A model generated the notes under the pieces. It had not been told where the DNA came from. It worked only from the letters and a program-made list of their open reading frames with translations, and made no database searches. From Bacteroidales bacterium (GTDB lineage Bacteria > Bacteroidota > Bacteroidia > Bacteroidales > Prolixibacteraceae), in NCBI GenBank assembly GCA_038323575.1, contig JBBQHB010000005.1:13311-77310 (forward strand): 64,000 bases of DNA, given 5' to 3'. Both the position numbers and the translations under genes were made by a program. Of this stretch, positions 20,843 to 28,855 are shown one piece after another (positions within the stretch are counted from its first letter, which is position 1; every line of letters starts with the position of its first letter).

Positions 20843-20937
20843 TATTTTTTGAGTGTGGGGAAATGGTATGCCTATAGGATTCTATCTATGGTGTTCTAAG
20901 CAATTTGGGTTAAATTTGTCAAATTAAATCGGCAAAG

Positions 20938-21978
20938 ATGACCAGGTTAAAAGTTGATGAGTTTATCACGAAAATGAAGGAGGGTACCGTTCTGGATATC
21001 CGGACACCCGCTGAATACAGGGAGGGCCGGTTGCCGGGGGCCATATCGTTGCCGCTTTTTAGTGATGAAGAACGGGTCATTGTTGGTACGCTGTACAAGC
21101 AGCAGGGTCGCAACCAGGCTGTTTTGAAAGGACTGGAACTGGTTGGACCAAAACTGAAAAGCTTTGTCCTGCAGGCCAATAAACACAATGGCGCACTTTT
21201 TCTTTATTGCTGGAGGGGAGGAATGCGGAGCAACAGCATGGCCTGGTTGCTGGAGACTGCCGGAAGGGAAGTGTTTGTTTTGGACGGCGGGTACAAAGCC
21301 TACCGAACCCATTGCAGGGAACTCATCACCAAAGGATTAAAACTAATTATGCTCAGCGGGCCGACCGGGTCCGGGAAGACGGAGATACTGCTCCAAATGG
21401 CCAGTCTGGGTCACCAGGTTTTGGACCTGGAAGGTTTGGCCAATCACCGGGGGTCCAGTTTTGGCGGAATTGGCCAGCCACCGCAACCAGGTACAGAGCA
21501 GTTTACCAACCTGATCTTTGAAAAAATATCCGGATTTGATCTTACACGCCCCATTTGGGTGGAAGGTGAGAGCCAGAATATCGGAAAGGTGTTTATCCTC
21601 GATGAGCTTTTCTCACAGATGAATTGTTGTCCGACCATTCGCATCGATCCGCCCAAATCGGAACGCATCGAACGGCTGGTCCGCGATTATGCCTGTTTCC
21701 CGGCAGAAGAACTGCAGCTGAGCATAGAGAAGATTAGCAAAAGACTGGGCGGCAAGGATACGAAAGATACACTGGATGCTCTGCAGGCAGGAAATTACCG
21801 GAAAGTAGTTGACATCACGCTTGCCTATTACGATAAAACCTATGATTTCAGCATGGCAAGAAGGGAGACGAAGATGATACCGTTCAAGCCTTCATCATTT
21901 GAGCCTTCACAGGTAGCTAAAGAGCTATCAGAATTTTCGATTCTGAAGTTTGGTGAGGGTGCACAGCGTTTGAATTAG
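20938..21978 (+). CDS. selU: tRNA 2-selenouridine synthase
   Basis: N-terminal rhodanese domain with an active-site Cys loop (LFLYCWRGGMRS) and a P-loop (GPTGSGKT). Length and order match SelU/MnmH (YbbB). Confidence 0.9.
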   Translation: MTRLKVDEFITKMKEGTVLDIRTPAEYREGRLPGAISLPLFSDEERVIVGTLYKQQGRNQAVLKGLELVGPKLKSFVLQANKHNGALFLYCWRGGMRSNSMAWLLETAGREVFVLDGGYKAYRTHCRELITKGLKLIMLSGPTGSGKTEILLQMASLGHQVLDLEGLANHRGSSFGGIGQPPQPGTEQFTNLIFEKISGFDLTRPIWVEGESQNIGKVFILDELFSQMNCCPTIRIDPPKSERIERLVRDYACFPAEELQLSIEKISKRLGGKDTKDTLDALQAGNYRKVVDITLAYYDKTYDFSMARRETKMIPFKPSSFEPSQVAKELSEFSILKFGEGAQRLN

Positions 21979-22109
21979 GATTTATCGGATGAAAGGATTA
22001 TTGGATTAGAACAGTAGTGGCGACCCTTTGTGGTCGCCCACTTAACAGGAAGACGCTATGGTGCAATGATCTCGAATTGTAAAACAGAACAGAAATAGAC
22101 AGAAATAGT

Positions 22110-22715
22110 ATGCAGCTAGTAGACGGAAAAGGATTGCTGTGTCCGCAGCCATTGATTTTGACCAGGAAGGCATTGAAAAATTGTCTGCCCGGTGAGACTT
22201 TGAAAATTGAGTGCGATAACCAGACAGCCTACCAGAATATTCTGACTTACCTGCAAGATCAGTCACTTGCTCCAAACGGAACTGAAAAGGGAGCTGTATA
22301 TCTCATTGAAGTGATTAATCAGCCAACTGAAAAAGGGGAAGAGGCTGAATCGTACAGCATGAATCCCGGAATCTGCTCTTCAGCCTACGTAGTTGCAGTC
22401 AGCAGTGACCTGATGGGTGAGGGAGATCCTCAACTGGGAGCCATCCTGATGAAGGGATTTTTGAATGCATTGCATGAGCAGCCTGTTTTACCAACGCATC
22501 TGATTTTTTACAATTCAGGCGTGAAAATGGTTACCAATGAATCGGGTGTTATTAGCTCACTTCAGGAACTCGAAGCAGACGGAGTAGAAATTCTTGTTTG
22601 CGGTACCTGTGTTGATTTTTACGGCATAAGGGAACAAATGGGAGCCGGCAGAATCTCCAATATGTTTACGCTTACTGAGATTATGGCAAAAACAGGGCAT
22701 GTTGTTAAACCATAA
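22110..22715 (+). CDS. yedF: YedF-type selenium-metabolism sulfurtransferase-like protein
   Basis: N-terminal TusA-like motif GLLCPQPLILTRKAL fused to a DsrE/DrsE-like C-terminal domain (AYVVAVSSDLMGEGD...LVCGTCVDFYG). Confidence 0.85.
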   Translation: MQLVDGKGLLCPQPLILTRKALKNCLPGETLKIECDNQTAYQNILTYLQDQSLAPNGTEKGAVYLIEVINQPTEKGEEAESYSMNPGICSSAYVVAVSSDLMGEGDPQLGAILMKGFLNALHEQPVLPTHLIFYNSGVKMVTNESGVISSLQELEADGVEILVCGTCVDFYGIREQMGAGRISNMFTLTEIMAKTGHVVKP

Positions 22716-22745
22716 ATATTTCAAATTTTTAAACCCGAAACAATA

Positions 22746-23864
22746 ATGAACTTATATTTCGACAATTGTGCCACAAGTTTTCCGAAGCCTTCCGCGGTAG
22801 CGGAGGCCATGAGCAGGCACCTGAACGAAACAGGCGGGACCTATGGCCGTTCTGCCTATCCGCGTATCCTGCAGTCGACCAGGCTGGTGGAGGAGTGCCG
22901 TGAACAGCTGGCAGAAATGATGGGCACGGCCGATGCCGGGAATATCATTTTAACCGCCAATGCTACCACGGCTTTGAACCTGATGATCCAGGGCATCTGT
23001 AAAAAGGGAGGGCACGTGCTTACCTCGGCCATGGAGCACAACGCCGTGGCCCGGCCGCTTGATCATTTGAAACAAAAGGGGCTGATAGAGTGGGAATTGT
23101 TGGAAAGTGCGCCTGACGGCAGAATTCTTACGGATAAAATTGCTGCAAAAATAAGGCCCGATACAATACTTGTTGCGATCTGCCACATGAGCAACGTCAA
23201 TGGAATGGCGCAATCACCGGGAGATATTAAAAGGATGATTGGTGAAATCCCATTGCTGGTTGATGCGAGCCAATCGCTGGGACAACATCCTGTCGAGGTG
23301 GACAACTGGGGAGTTGATTTTCTGGCATTTACAGGACATAAATCGCTGCTTGGGCCAACCGGTACCGGCGGGGCTTTTATGCGGAATGCCGGTTTGGTAG
23401 AACCCCTGCTTTACGGAGGAACGGGGAGCGGATCTGATTCTCTCTCCATGCCCTCTTTTACGCCCGACAGGTTCGAAGCCGGAACGCCGAATATTACCGG
23501 TATCCACGGTTTAAATGCTGCATTGAAGAACCGGCCGGCAGCACAACATTCGCGGGGTGATTTTGCGGATTTGCTGAATGAGGTACGACAGAACCAAAAT
23601 TACAAAGTGCGCTGTGCCAATGATTTCGCCAACCAGGGGAAACTGTTTTCTGTGGTACATCAAAGCCTCAGCGGATCTGAACTGGCACAGCGGTTTTATG
23701 AGGAGTTTGGCATCGAGTGCAGGGCCGGACTCCACTGCGCACCGCTGGCCCATCGTCACCTTGGTTCTTTCCCCGGTGGGGACTGCAGGTTTTCGCTGTC
23801 ACCCTACCATACGCCGGAAGAGCTGAACCTCCTGGCCAAAGCCATCCATGATGTCGGAAAGTAG
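22746..23864 (+). CDS. Class-V aminotransferase: cysteine desulfurase / selenocysteine lyase family
   Basis: PLP-lysine context [10 protein letters not shown] and a C-terminal active-site Cys in RAGLHCAP. Located between yedF and DUF3343, as in other selenium clusters. Confidence 0.85.
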   Translation: MNLYFDNCATSFPKPSAVAEAMSRHLNETGGTYGRSAYPRILQSTRLVEECREQLAEMMGTADAGNIILTANATTALNLMIQGICKKGGHVLTSAMEHNAVARPLDHLKQKGLIEWELLESAPDGRILTDKIAAKIRPDTILVAICHMSNVNGMAQSPGDIKRMIGEIPLLVDASQSLGQHPVEVDNWGVDFLAFTGHKSLLGPTGTGGAFMRNAGLVEPLLYGGTGSGSDSLSMPSFTPDRFEAGTPNITGIHGLNAALKNRPAAQHSRGDFADLLNEVRQNQNYKVRCANDFANQGKLFSVVHQSLSGSELAQRFYEEFGIECRAGLHCAPLAHRHLGSFPGGDCRFSLSPYHTPEELNLLAKAIHDVGK

Positions 23865-24087
23865 GGAAATATTTCTTTTTCAGAACATCCGGCAGGTAAT
23901 TCTGGCAGAGCGGTGGTGTGCGGAAAACAAACTGGATGTGAAGGTGATACCTGTACCACGGCCTTATTCGTCAGAGTGCGGCATGTGTTTGGAGACCACA
24001 AAAATTGATGGAGACAGACTGGAGCAGTTTGCAAGAACGAAAGGGCTCATCACATCAAGAATCCGCACCACAAATTTCACAAGTTGA
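23848..24087 (+). CDS. DUF3343-like putative Se/S carrier protein
   Basis: 79 aa. The pattern [39 protein letters not shown] fits the small DUF3343 family that accompanies yedF and the desulfurase. Has a 17-nt overlap with the upstream gene. Confidence 0.65.
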   Translation: MMSESREIFLFQNIRQVILAERWCAENKLDVKVIPVPRPYSSECGMCLETTKIDGDRLEQFARTKGLITSRIRTTNFTS

Positions 24088-24104
24088 CACAAATAAACCC
24101 CCAC

Positions 24105-24135
24105 TCAACCACAGATTGCACAAATTACACAGATT
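24105..24135. repeat. Left arm of the inverted repeat flanking the GxxExxY gene
   Basis: TCAACCACAGATTGCACAAATTACACAGATT. The reverse complement of 24631-24661 differs at 1 of 31 positions. Imperfect homology continues outward to about 46 nt. Confidence 0.9.
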
Positions 24136-24163
24136 AAATCACAGAAAAATTGAATTCGTATTG

Positions 24164-24541
24164 TTAGAGAATAAACCGTTTGAATTGAAGTGATGCAGAG
24201 ACAAAGTTAACCAGCAGACCAAGACTAAGATCAGATGCTTTTAAATAGTTGAATAATTGAGCTTTATGAATATCTGTTAATTCCTTTGCAGCCTTGATTT
24301 CGACAACAATCTTGTCAAAACAGATAAAATCAGGGTAATATTTTTTCTGCAGCAATTTTCCTTTGTAAAGGATTTTCAATCTTTTCTCTCTTTCAAAGAG
24401 GAGTGCGTTTTCAATAAATTCAAATTGCAAAGCTTCCTGATAAACAGCTTCTTTGAACCCACATCCAAGTTGTTTGTGTACTTCCATACAGCATCCAATT
24501 ATCAGGAAACTTTCATCTTTGTATAGAAATTCTTCTTTCAT
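24164..24541 (-). CDS. GxxExxY family protein (PD-(D/E)XK-like small protein)
   Basis: 125 aa with the eponymous motif G-F-K-E-A-V-Y in LGCGFKEAVYQEAL, plus the downstream YYPDFICFDKIVVEIKA (D..E.K-like) segment. Confidence 0.85.
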   Translation of the reverse strand: MKEEFLYKDESFLIIGCCMEVHKQLGCGFKEAVYQEALQFEFIENALLFEREKRLKILYKGKLLQKKYYPDFICFDKIVVEIKAAKELTDIHKAQLFNYLKASDLSLGLLVNFVSASLQFKRFIL

Positions 24542-24630
24542 CTGTTAATAATTTGAAGATGAAGTATTTGCTCCTAATAAGTTACACTAATTGAAATTAA
24601 TAAAAGAATATTTTGTTGTTTTTTTATTTT

Positions 24631-24661
24631 AATCTGTGTAATTTGTGTAATCTGTGGTTGA
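24631..24661. repeat. Right arm of the inverted repeat flanking the GxxExxY gene
   Basis: AATCTGTGTAATTTGTGTAATCTGTGGTTGA, which is the reverse complement of 24105-24135 with one mismatch. Confidence 0.9.
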
Positions 24662-24681
24662 AATGGGGTTATTTTGCATTT

Positions 24682-25725
24682 ATGAGTTATTTCGATTTGT
24701 TAGCTACTGTTGAGCAAGGTGGTTGTTCGGCCAAGCTTTCGCCGGTTCAGTTGGGTGAGATCCTGGCTAAGCTGCCCAAAGTTGAGCATCCCAATCTGAT
24801 GGTCGGCATTGAAACGCACGATGATGCAGGTGTTTATAAGATGAATGAGGAGACCGCGCTGATTTACACCACAGATTTTTTCCCGCCGGTTTGCAGCGAT
24901 GGGTATGAGTTTGGACAGATTGCCGCTGCCAATGCCCTGAGCGATGTTTATGCGATGGGAGGCACCCCGCTGCTGGTTCTGAACCTGATGATGTTCCCGG
25001 CGTCCAAAATTCCGCTAGAAGTATTTGGCGCTATCCTGCAGGGAGGTCACGATAAAGTGGTTGAGGCCGGGGCACTGGTGCTAGGCGGTCATACCATAGA
25101 GGATTATCCGCCGAAATTCGGACTGGCTGTTGTTGGCACAGTTCATCCTGACCGGCTAATCACCAATTCGGGTGTAAGGGCTGGCGACAGGCTTATCCTG
25201 ACCAAACCGCTTGGTACAGGTGTGATCCTCGCCGGACAGCGAAACGGGATGACAGATGAAGCCACTGTCAGAAAAGCGCTTGATTGTATGAAAATGCTGA
25301 ATAACAGTGGTGCTGTAGTGATGCAGGAGTTCAACCTGAAAGGCGCTACCGATATTACCGGATTTGGACTGCTGGGTCATGCCATGCGCATGGCAGATGC
25401 AAGTAATGTCACCATCCGGATTCAATCCCTGGATTTACCTCATTTCCCGGAGTCTATAACACTGCTTGAGGAGGGATGTATCCCGGGTGCGGCCTTCAGG
25501 AACCTGGAATTTGTGCAGGAGAGCACCATTTTCGGTTCATCGCTGGCTTACGAACGCAAAATGTTGTGCTGCGATGCCCAGACTTCCGGAGGATTGCTGA
25601 TGGCCGTTCCGGCCGACAGAGCGGATGAAGTCCTGATATTGTTAAAAACAAATGCAGGCTTGCCCGAATCTGCCGTCATCGGGGAAGCATTGCCAAGAAG
25701 TAAAAAAAGTTTGTACCTCGATTAG
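24682..25725 (+). CDS. selD: Selenide, water dikinase (selenophosphate synthetase), Cys-type
   Basis: ATG at 24682 gives MSYFDLLATVEQGGCSAKLSP, the N-terminal Gly-rich loop with Cys rather than Sec. PurM-like domains follow (DDAGVY, GHTIED). The longer ORF-track start (24613) lies inside the repeat. Confidence 0.92.
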   Translation: MSYFDLLATVEQGGCSAKLSPVQLGEILAKLPKVEHPNLMVGIETHDDAGVYKMNEETALIYTTDFFPPVCSDGYEFGQIAAANALSDVYAMGGTPLLVLNLMMFPASKIPLEVFGAILQGGHDKVVEAGALVLGGHTIEDYPPKFGLAVVGTVHPDRLITNSGVRAGDRLILTKPLGTGVILAGQRNGMTDEATVRKALDCMKMLNNSGAVVMQEFNLKGATDITGFGLLGHAMRMADASNVTIRIQSLDLPHFPESITLLEEGCIPGAAFRNLEFVQESTIFGSSLAYERKMLCCDAQTSGGLLMAVPADRADEVLILLKTNAGLPESAVIGEALPRSKKSLYLD

Positions 25726-25726
25726 C

Positions 25727-25981
25727 CTATTTTTTCTTTTTGCGCAGCATGAAAGCAATACCTCCGGCAAATATAATGCCTGCAGCAACGCCATAGATTG
25801 TGGAATTGCTTCCGCCTTTGGAGCTGTTTTCGTCTTCAGATGCCTGGTAAAAAACAGGTTTGGCGGCTTTGTCGGCATTGATAGTGTCTTTGTCGGCTTT
25901 TGGTTGTTGGGCCATTGCAACAGCTGCAATGTTCAGCAGCAGCATACCTGCCAGTGATAAACGAATGATGTTCTTTTTCAT
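25727..25981 (-). CDS. Small exported, C-terminally anchored protein
   Basis: 84 aa from ATG 25981. Signal peptide MKKNIIRLSLAGMLLLNIAAVAMAQQ, a polar Lys/Asp/Ser-rich middle, a C-terminal TM helix GVAAGIIFAGGIAFML and an RKKKK tail. Confidence 0.5.
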   Translation of the reverse strand: MKKNIIRLSLAGMLLLNIAAVAMAQQPKADKDTINADKAAKPVFYQASEDENSSKGGSNSTIYGVAAGIIFAGGIAFMLRKKKK

Positions 25982-26040
25982 TTTTGATAATGTATTTAAT
26001 AAATATAGTAATGTATAATTATTTGCAACGCTCCGGAATT

Positions 26041-28152
26041 TCACTCGGTCCCTGAGCGAAGGGCTAATTCATCGTATTTCTTTGCCACCTCCGGATCCGA
26101 AATCCGGTAACTATCTGCCAGGCCGACAATGGCAGGTTTAAATCCGGGATTCATTGTCAGACAGGATTTTAGCAGTTCACGCGCTTTTTTTTCCTTCTTC
26201 TGTCTTACCAGGATTTTCGCCAGCGCGGGATAAGCGTCAAAATATTTCCGGTTGATCCCAATCAGCTTTTGGTACAAATCGGCTGCCCCGTCCTGATCCC
26301 CCATTTCTGCAAGGATATTTGCCTGAAACATCAGGATAAGTTCGCATTCCGGATTAATTTCCAACCCCTTTTTCAGGAGCACAAATGCTTTTTCCTTGTC
26401 CCCCAGATTGTAAAAGACCGATGCAAAATTAAAAAAGATTATTTCATCCTGACCATTTTTTTTGACAGCCTCTTCAAAGTATTTTACTGCATCATCCGGC
26501 TGATGCTGATTAAATTCCTGATAACCAAGAAAATCAGCCTTTGTTTCACGTTTTAAAACGGCACAGACAGGAACTCCGTCGGTTTCGATTACCTTGATAC
26601 TATTCTTTGGAGGCCAGTTCCCGTTTTTAAGCAAAACCGGCGAGATGTAACTGTTGGCAACGATGCAGAAATCCCAGTCCTGCTGGCTTCTTTCGTTGAA
26701 GGGAAAATATTTTACGGAAAGATTCTTTTCGTTCCGGAAGAACCAGTCGATAGGGAAATTAGTTCCGATTTTCAGACTGTCGCCGGGATGGTTCTGTTTC
26801 AGGTAACTGATCAGCCATTCCGATCCTTCGCGCATGGAATGGTAATAATAATCAGTTTCATAATTGCCGTAAGCGCCCTTCAGTCCGCCAACCAACTGAT
26901 TGTAATAGAGGTAATAATAAGGATGATTTCTGACCATGAAACTGAACGGATGCCAGCCCAGCAGCAACACAACAGTGATAACCAGACCCTTTCTGAGTCT
27001 CGTTTTGAAAAAGAGCAACAAATGCCACAACCCGATGGCGGAAAGAATCACTATTCCCGGATAGATAAAAAGGAAATGCCTCCAGGAGCCGTAAAGATTC
27101 GATTTTTCATAAATTACAAATAGTATTGGAAAGAGAATCGTAAAGATCAAAAGGGCATATTTCAGCCAATCTTTCCTTATGGCTTTCCCGGTTACGGAAA
27201 CAAAACCGAGGATGCCGGCCCACACAAGCAACGGAATGGTAATCAGCATCAGTTTGGGCAGGTAGTACCAAGGCATCCAGTCCGACCACTCCAGCCTGCC
27301 TTCGAAGATCTGCCGGATGGTAGTCGGGAATTGCGCCATCACCTTGAGTGATTCCCAAAATCCCTTCGCGGGATTCTGCAAAACGTAGGGCCACAGCAGG
27401 ATGCCCAATATGCAGGAAAGCAGGATGATTAAACCAATACGGACCAGTTTCCGATGGAAGAGGCGAAAGTTGATTTTGGCAGTTTCCCGGTAGGTAACAG
27501 CCTCTTTGATAAAAACAAAAAGCAAAAGGTAACAGGCAAGCAGCAACCCGCCAGTCCGGATGCTGATGCTGAAGGCGATGGAGAGGATTAGCAGGATTGC
27601 GTCCTGCCATTTTTGGTTTTCGGAAAACAGCCATTTCAGGAGGAAGAAGGTGCCGGCTATATAGGCCAGCGCAAAAGGGATATCTTTCAGGTTGTTCTCT
27701 GCATGGCCCAGAAAAGTGGGGGAGAGGGCGAACAAAAGCAGGGTCAGTATTCCGGCCCCGTACCCGGAAAGCCAAACCGCAAAGAGGGCGGCCAGCAGGA
27801 CCGTCAGCCAGCCTGCAAAACCGCTGGCCAGATGGCGGAAGGCATAAATATCTTCGATGTTGAACCAACGAATCAGGATGGTCGTCAGGTTATCGAACGA
27901 TTGTCCGTAATATTTAAGGTGGGTTTTCGGCGTGTTGAGCGCGCTTTGGTCTTTTCCGCAGGTGGCAAAATAGTCGTAGACCTTAACGGATTGTTGGTAG
28001 TGAACCTCTTCGTCGCCTGAGATGCCGGCATCTTTGCTGCTGATGAGCATGAAAATGAGCAGGAGAGTGGCGCAAAAGAAAAAGATCGCTTTAGATAAAT
28101 TCACCTTATTGAATAAGGTGGAATAATTTATATTGCTGATAAATAGAAACAT
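26041..28152 (-). CDS. GT39/ArnT-like polytopic glycosyltransferase with C-terminal TPR domain
   Basis: About 480-aa N-terminal region with many TM helices, typical of PMT/ArnT-type lipid-linked-sugar transferases. The C-terminal ~200 aa is TPR-like (YFEEAVKKNGQDE...LKKGLEINPECE...CLTMNPGFKPA). Confidence 0.65.
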   Translation of the reverse strand: MFLFISNINYSTLFNKVNLSKAIFFFCATLLLIFMLISSKDAGISGDEEVHYQQSVKVYDYFATCGKDQSALNTPKTHLKYYGQSFDNLTTILIRWFNIEDIYAFRHLASGFAGWLTVLLAALFAVWLSGYGAGILTLLLFALSPTFLGHAENNLKDIPFALAYIAGTFFLLKWLFSENQKWQDAILLILSIAFSISIRTGGLLLACYLLLFVFIKEAVTYRETAKINFRLFHRKLVRIGLIILLSCILGILLWPYVLQNPAKGFWESLKVMAQFPTTIRQIFEGRLEWSDWMPWYYLPKLMLITIPLLVWAGILGFVSVTGKAIRKDWLKYALLIFTILFPILFVIYEKSNLYGSWRHFLFIYPGIVILSAIGLWHLLLFFKTRLRKGLVITVVLLLGWHPFSFMVRNHPYYYLYYNQLVGGLKGAYGNYETDYYYHSMREGSEWLISYLKQNHPGDSLKIGTNFPIDWFFRNEKNLSVKYFPFNERSQQDWDFCIVANSYISPVLLKNGNWPPKNSIKVIETDGVPVCAVLKRETKADFLGYQEFNQHQPDDAVKYFEEAVKKNGQDEIIFFNFASVFYNLGDKEKAFVLLKKGLEINPECELILMFQANILAEMGDQDGAADLYQKLIGINRKYFDAYPALAKILVRQKKEKKARELLKSCLTMNPGFKPAIVGLADSYRISDPEVAKKYDELALRSGTE

Positions 28153-28174
28153 TAATAAATTTTATATTCGTAAA

Positions 28175-28855
28175 TCAAATTGCCATTCTAACCCCATTCC
28201 GTTTTAACCATTGCTCATGCTTTTGATAATTGGGACACAGAGCCGAAACCTGATCCCAAAATGCCCGGGAGTGGTTCGGATGCTCCAGGTGAACCAGTTC
28301 ATGAATGATGAGATAATCGAGGACTACTATGGGCGCCATTACACATCTCCAGTTGAAATAAATATTACCTGCCGGGGTACACGATGCCCAACGTGTAGGC
28401 AGCTCCCGTATCTCAACTTTACCCGGCTTCCTTTGAACTGAATCCAGAAATAACAACAATCGTTCTTCAATTCTAAGTTTGGATTGTTTCTTGTAAAAGT
28501 ATACAAATGCTTCTTTGGGATATTTAGAGGAGATACTCAGCAGAAATTTTCCATCCTTAAAAAGCAGATTCCGTTTTTGTCCTTCTACCAGATGCAAATT
28601 GTAGTTTTTTCCCAAATACATAAAGGACTGCCCCGAGACAAACTTTCTTTCGATCTGCTCCTTGTTCAACTCTTTCCAGTAAACCAGCTTTTTATGAATC
28701 TCATATTCCTTCTTTTTCAATATGCCAAGAATACGCTCTTCTTCCATACCGTCCGGAACCTGAACGCTCACCGTCCCGTCCCGTTCGATCACGATGTGCA
28801 TCGTTTTCTTTCGGGTAGTACGGGTCACCACGATGTCTAATCCATTAAGATGCAT
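28175..28855 (-). CDS. DUF45 / M48-family (YgjP-like) zinc metallopeptidase
   Basis: HExxH motif in IIHELVHLEHPNHS. Overlaps the hsdR stop by 11 nt. This family is a frequent last gene of type I R-M operons. Confidence 0.85.
   Translation of the reverse strand: MHLNGLDIVVTRTTRKKTMHIVIERDGTVSVQVPDGMEEERILGILKKKEYEIHKKLVYWKELNKEQIERKFVSGQSFMYLGKNYNLHLVEGQKRNLLFKDGKFLLSISSKYPKEAFVYFYKKQSKLRIEERLLLFLDSVQRKPGKVEIRELPTRWASCTPAGNIYFNWRCVMAPIVVLDYLIIHELVHLEHPNHSRAFWDQVSALCPNYQKHEQWLKRNGVRMAI

Noticed and set aside
22019-22038. Hairpin GGCGACC-CTTTGT-GGTCGCC downstream of selU as a terminator.
   Set aside because: A perfect 7-bp GC-rich stem, but no U-tract follows and yedF starts about 70 nt later in the same orientation. 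It may be a processing or stability element rather than a terminator, and there is not enough support to annotate it.
20782-24146. CRISPR array possibility for the short periodic CACA-core repeats.
   Set aside because: The units are about 9-11 nt, degenerate, have no spacers of CRISPR size, number only 3-6 copies, and no cas genes are present.
24005-24193. 62-aa ORF (...LHKLHRLNHRKIE...) and the NLCNLCNLW N-terminal extension of selD (24613-24681).
   Set aside because: Both are translations of the CACA-type inverted-repeat arms (periodic repeat giving periodic peptide), not genuine coding sequence.
20938-25725. Hidden selenoprotein genes (in-frame TGA) in or near the selenium cluster.
   Set aside because: No adjacent same-frame ORF pairs separated by a single TGA were evident. 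SelD and YedF use Cys at the relevant positions. This cannot be excluded genome-wide.
27107-28020. 253-aa minus-strand alternative-frame ORF and 88/135-aa plus-strand ORFs inside the GT39-like gene.
   Set aside because: Arg/Pro/Gly-rich translations typical of out-of-frame reading of a membrane-protein gene. The 703-aa frame gives coherent TM helices plus TPR repeats.
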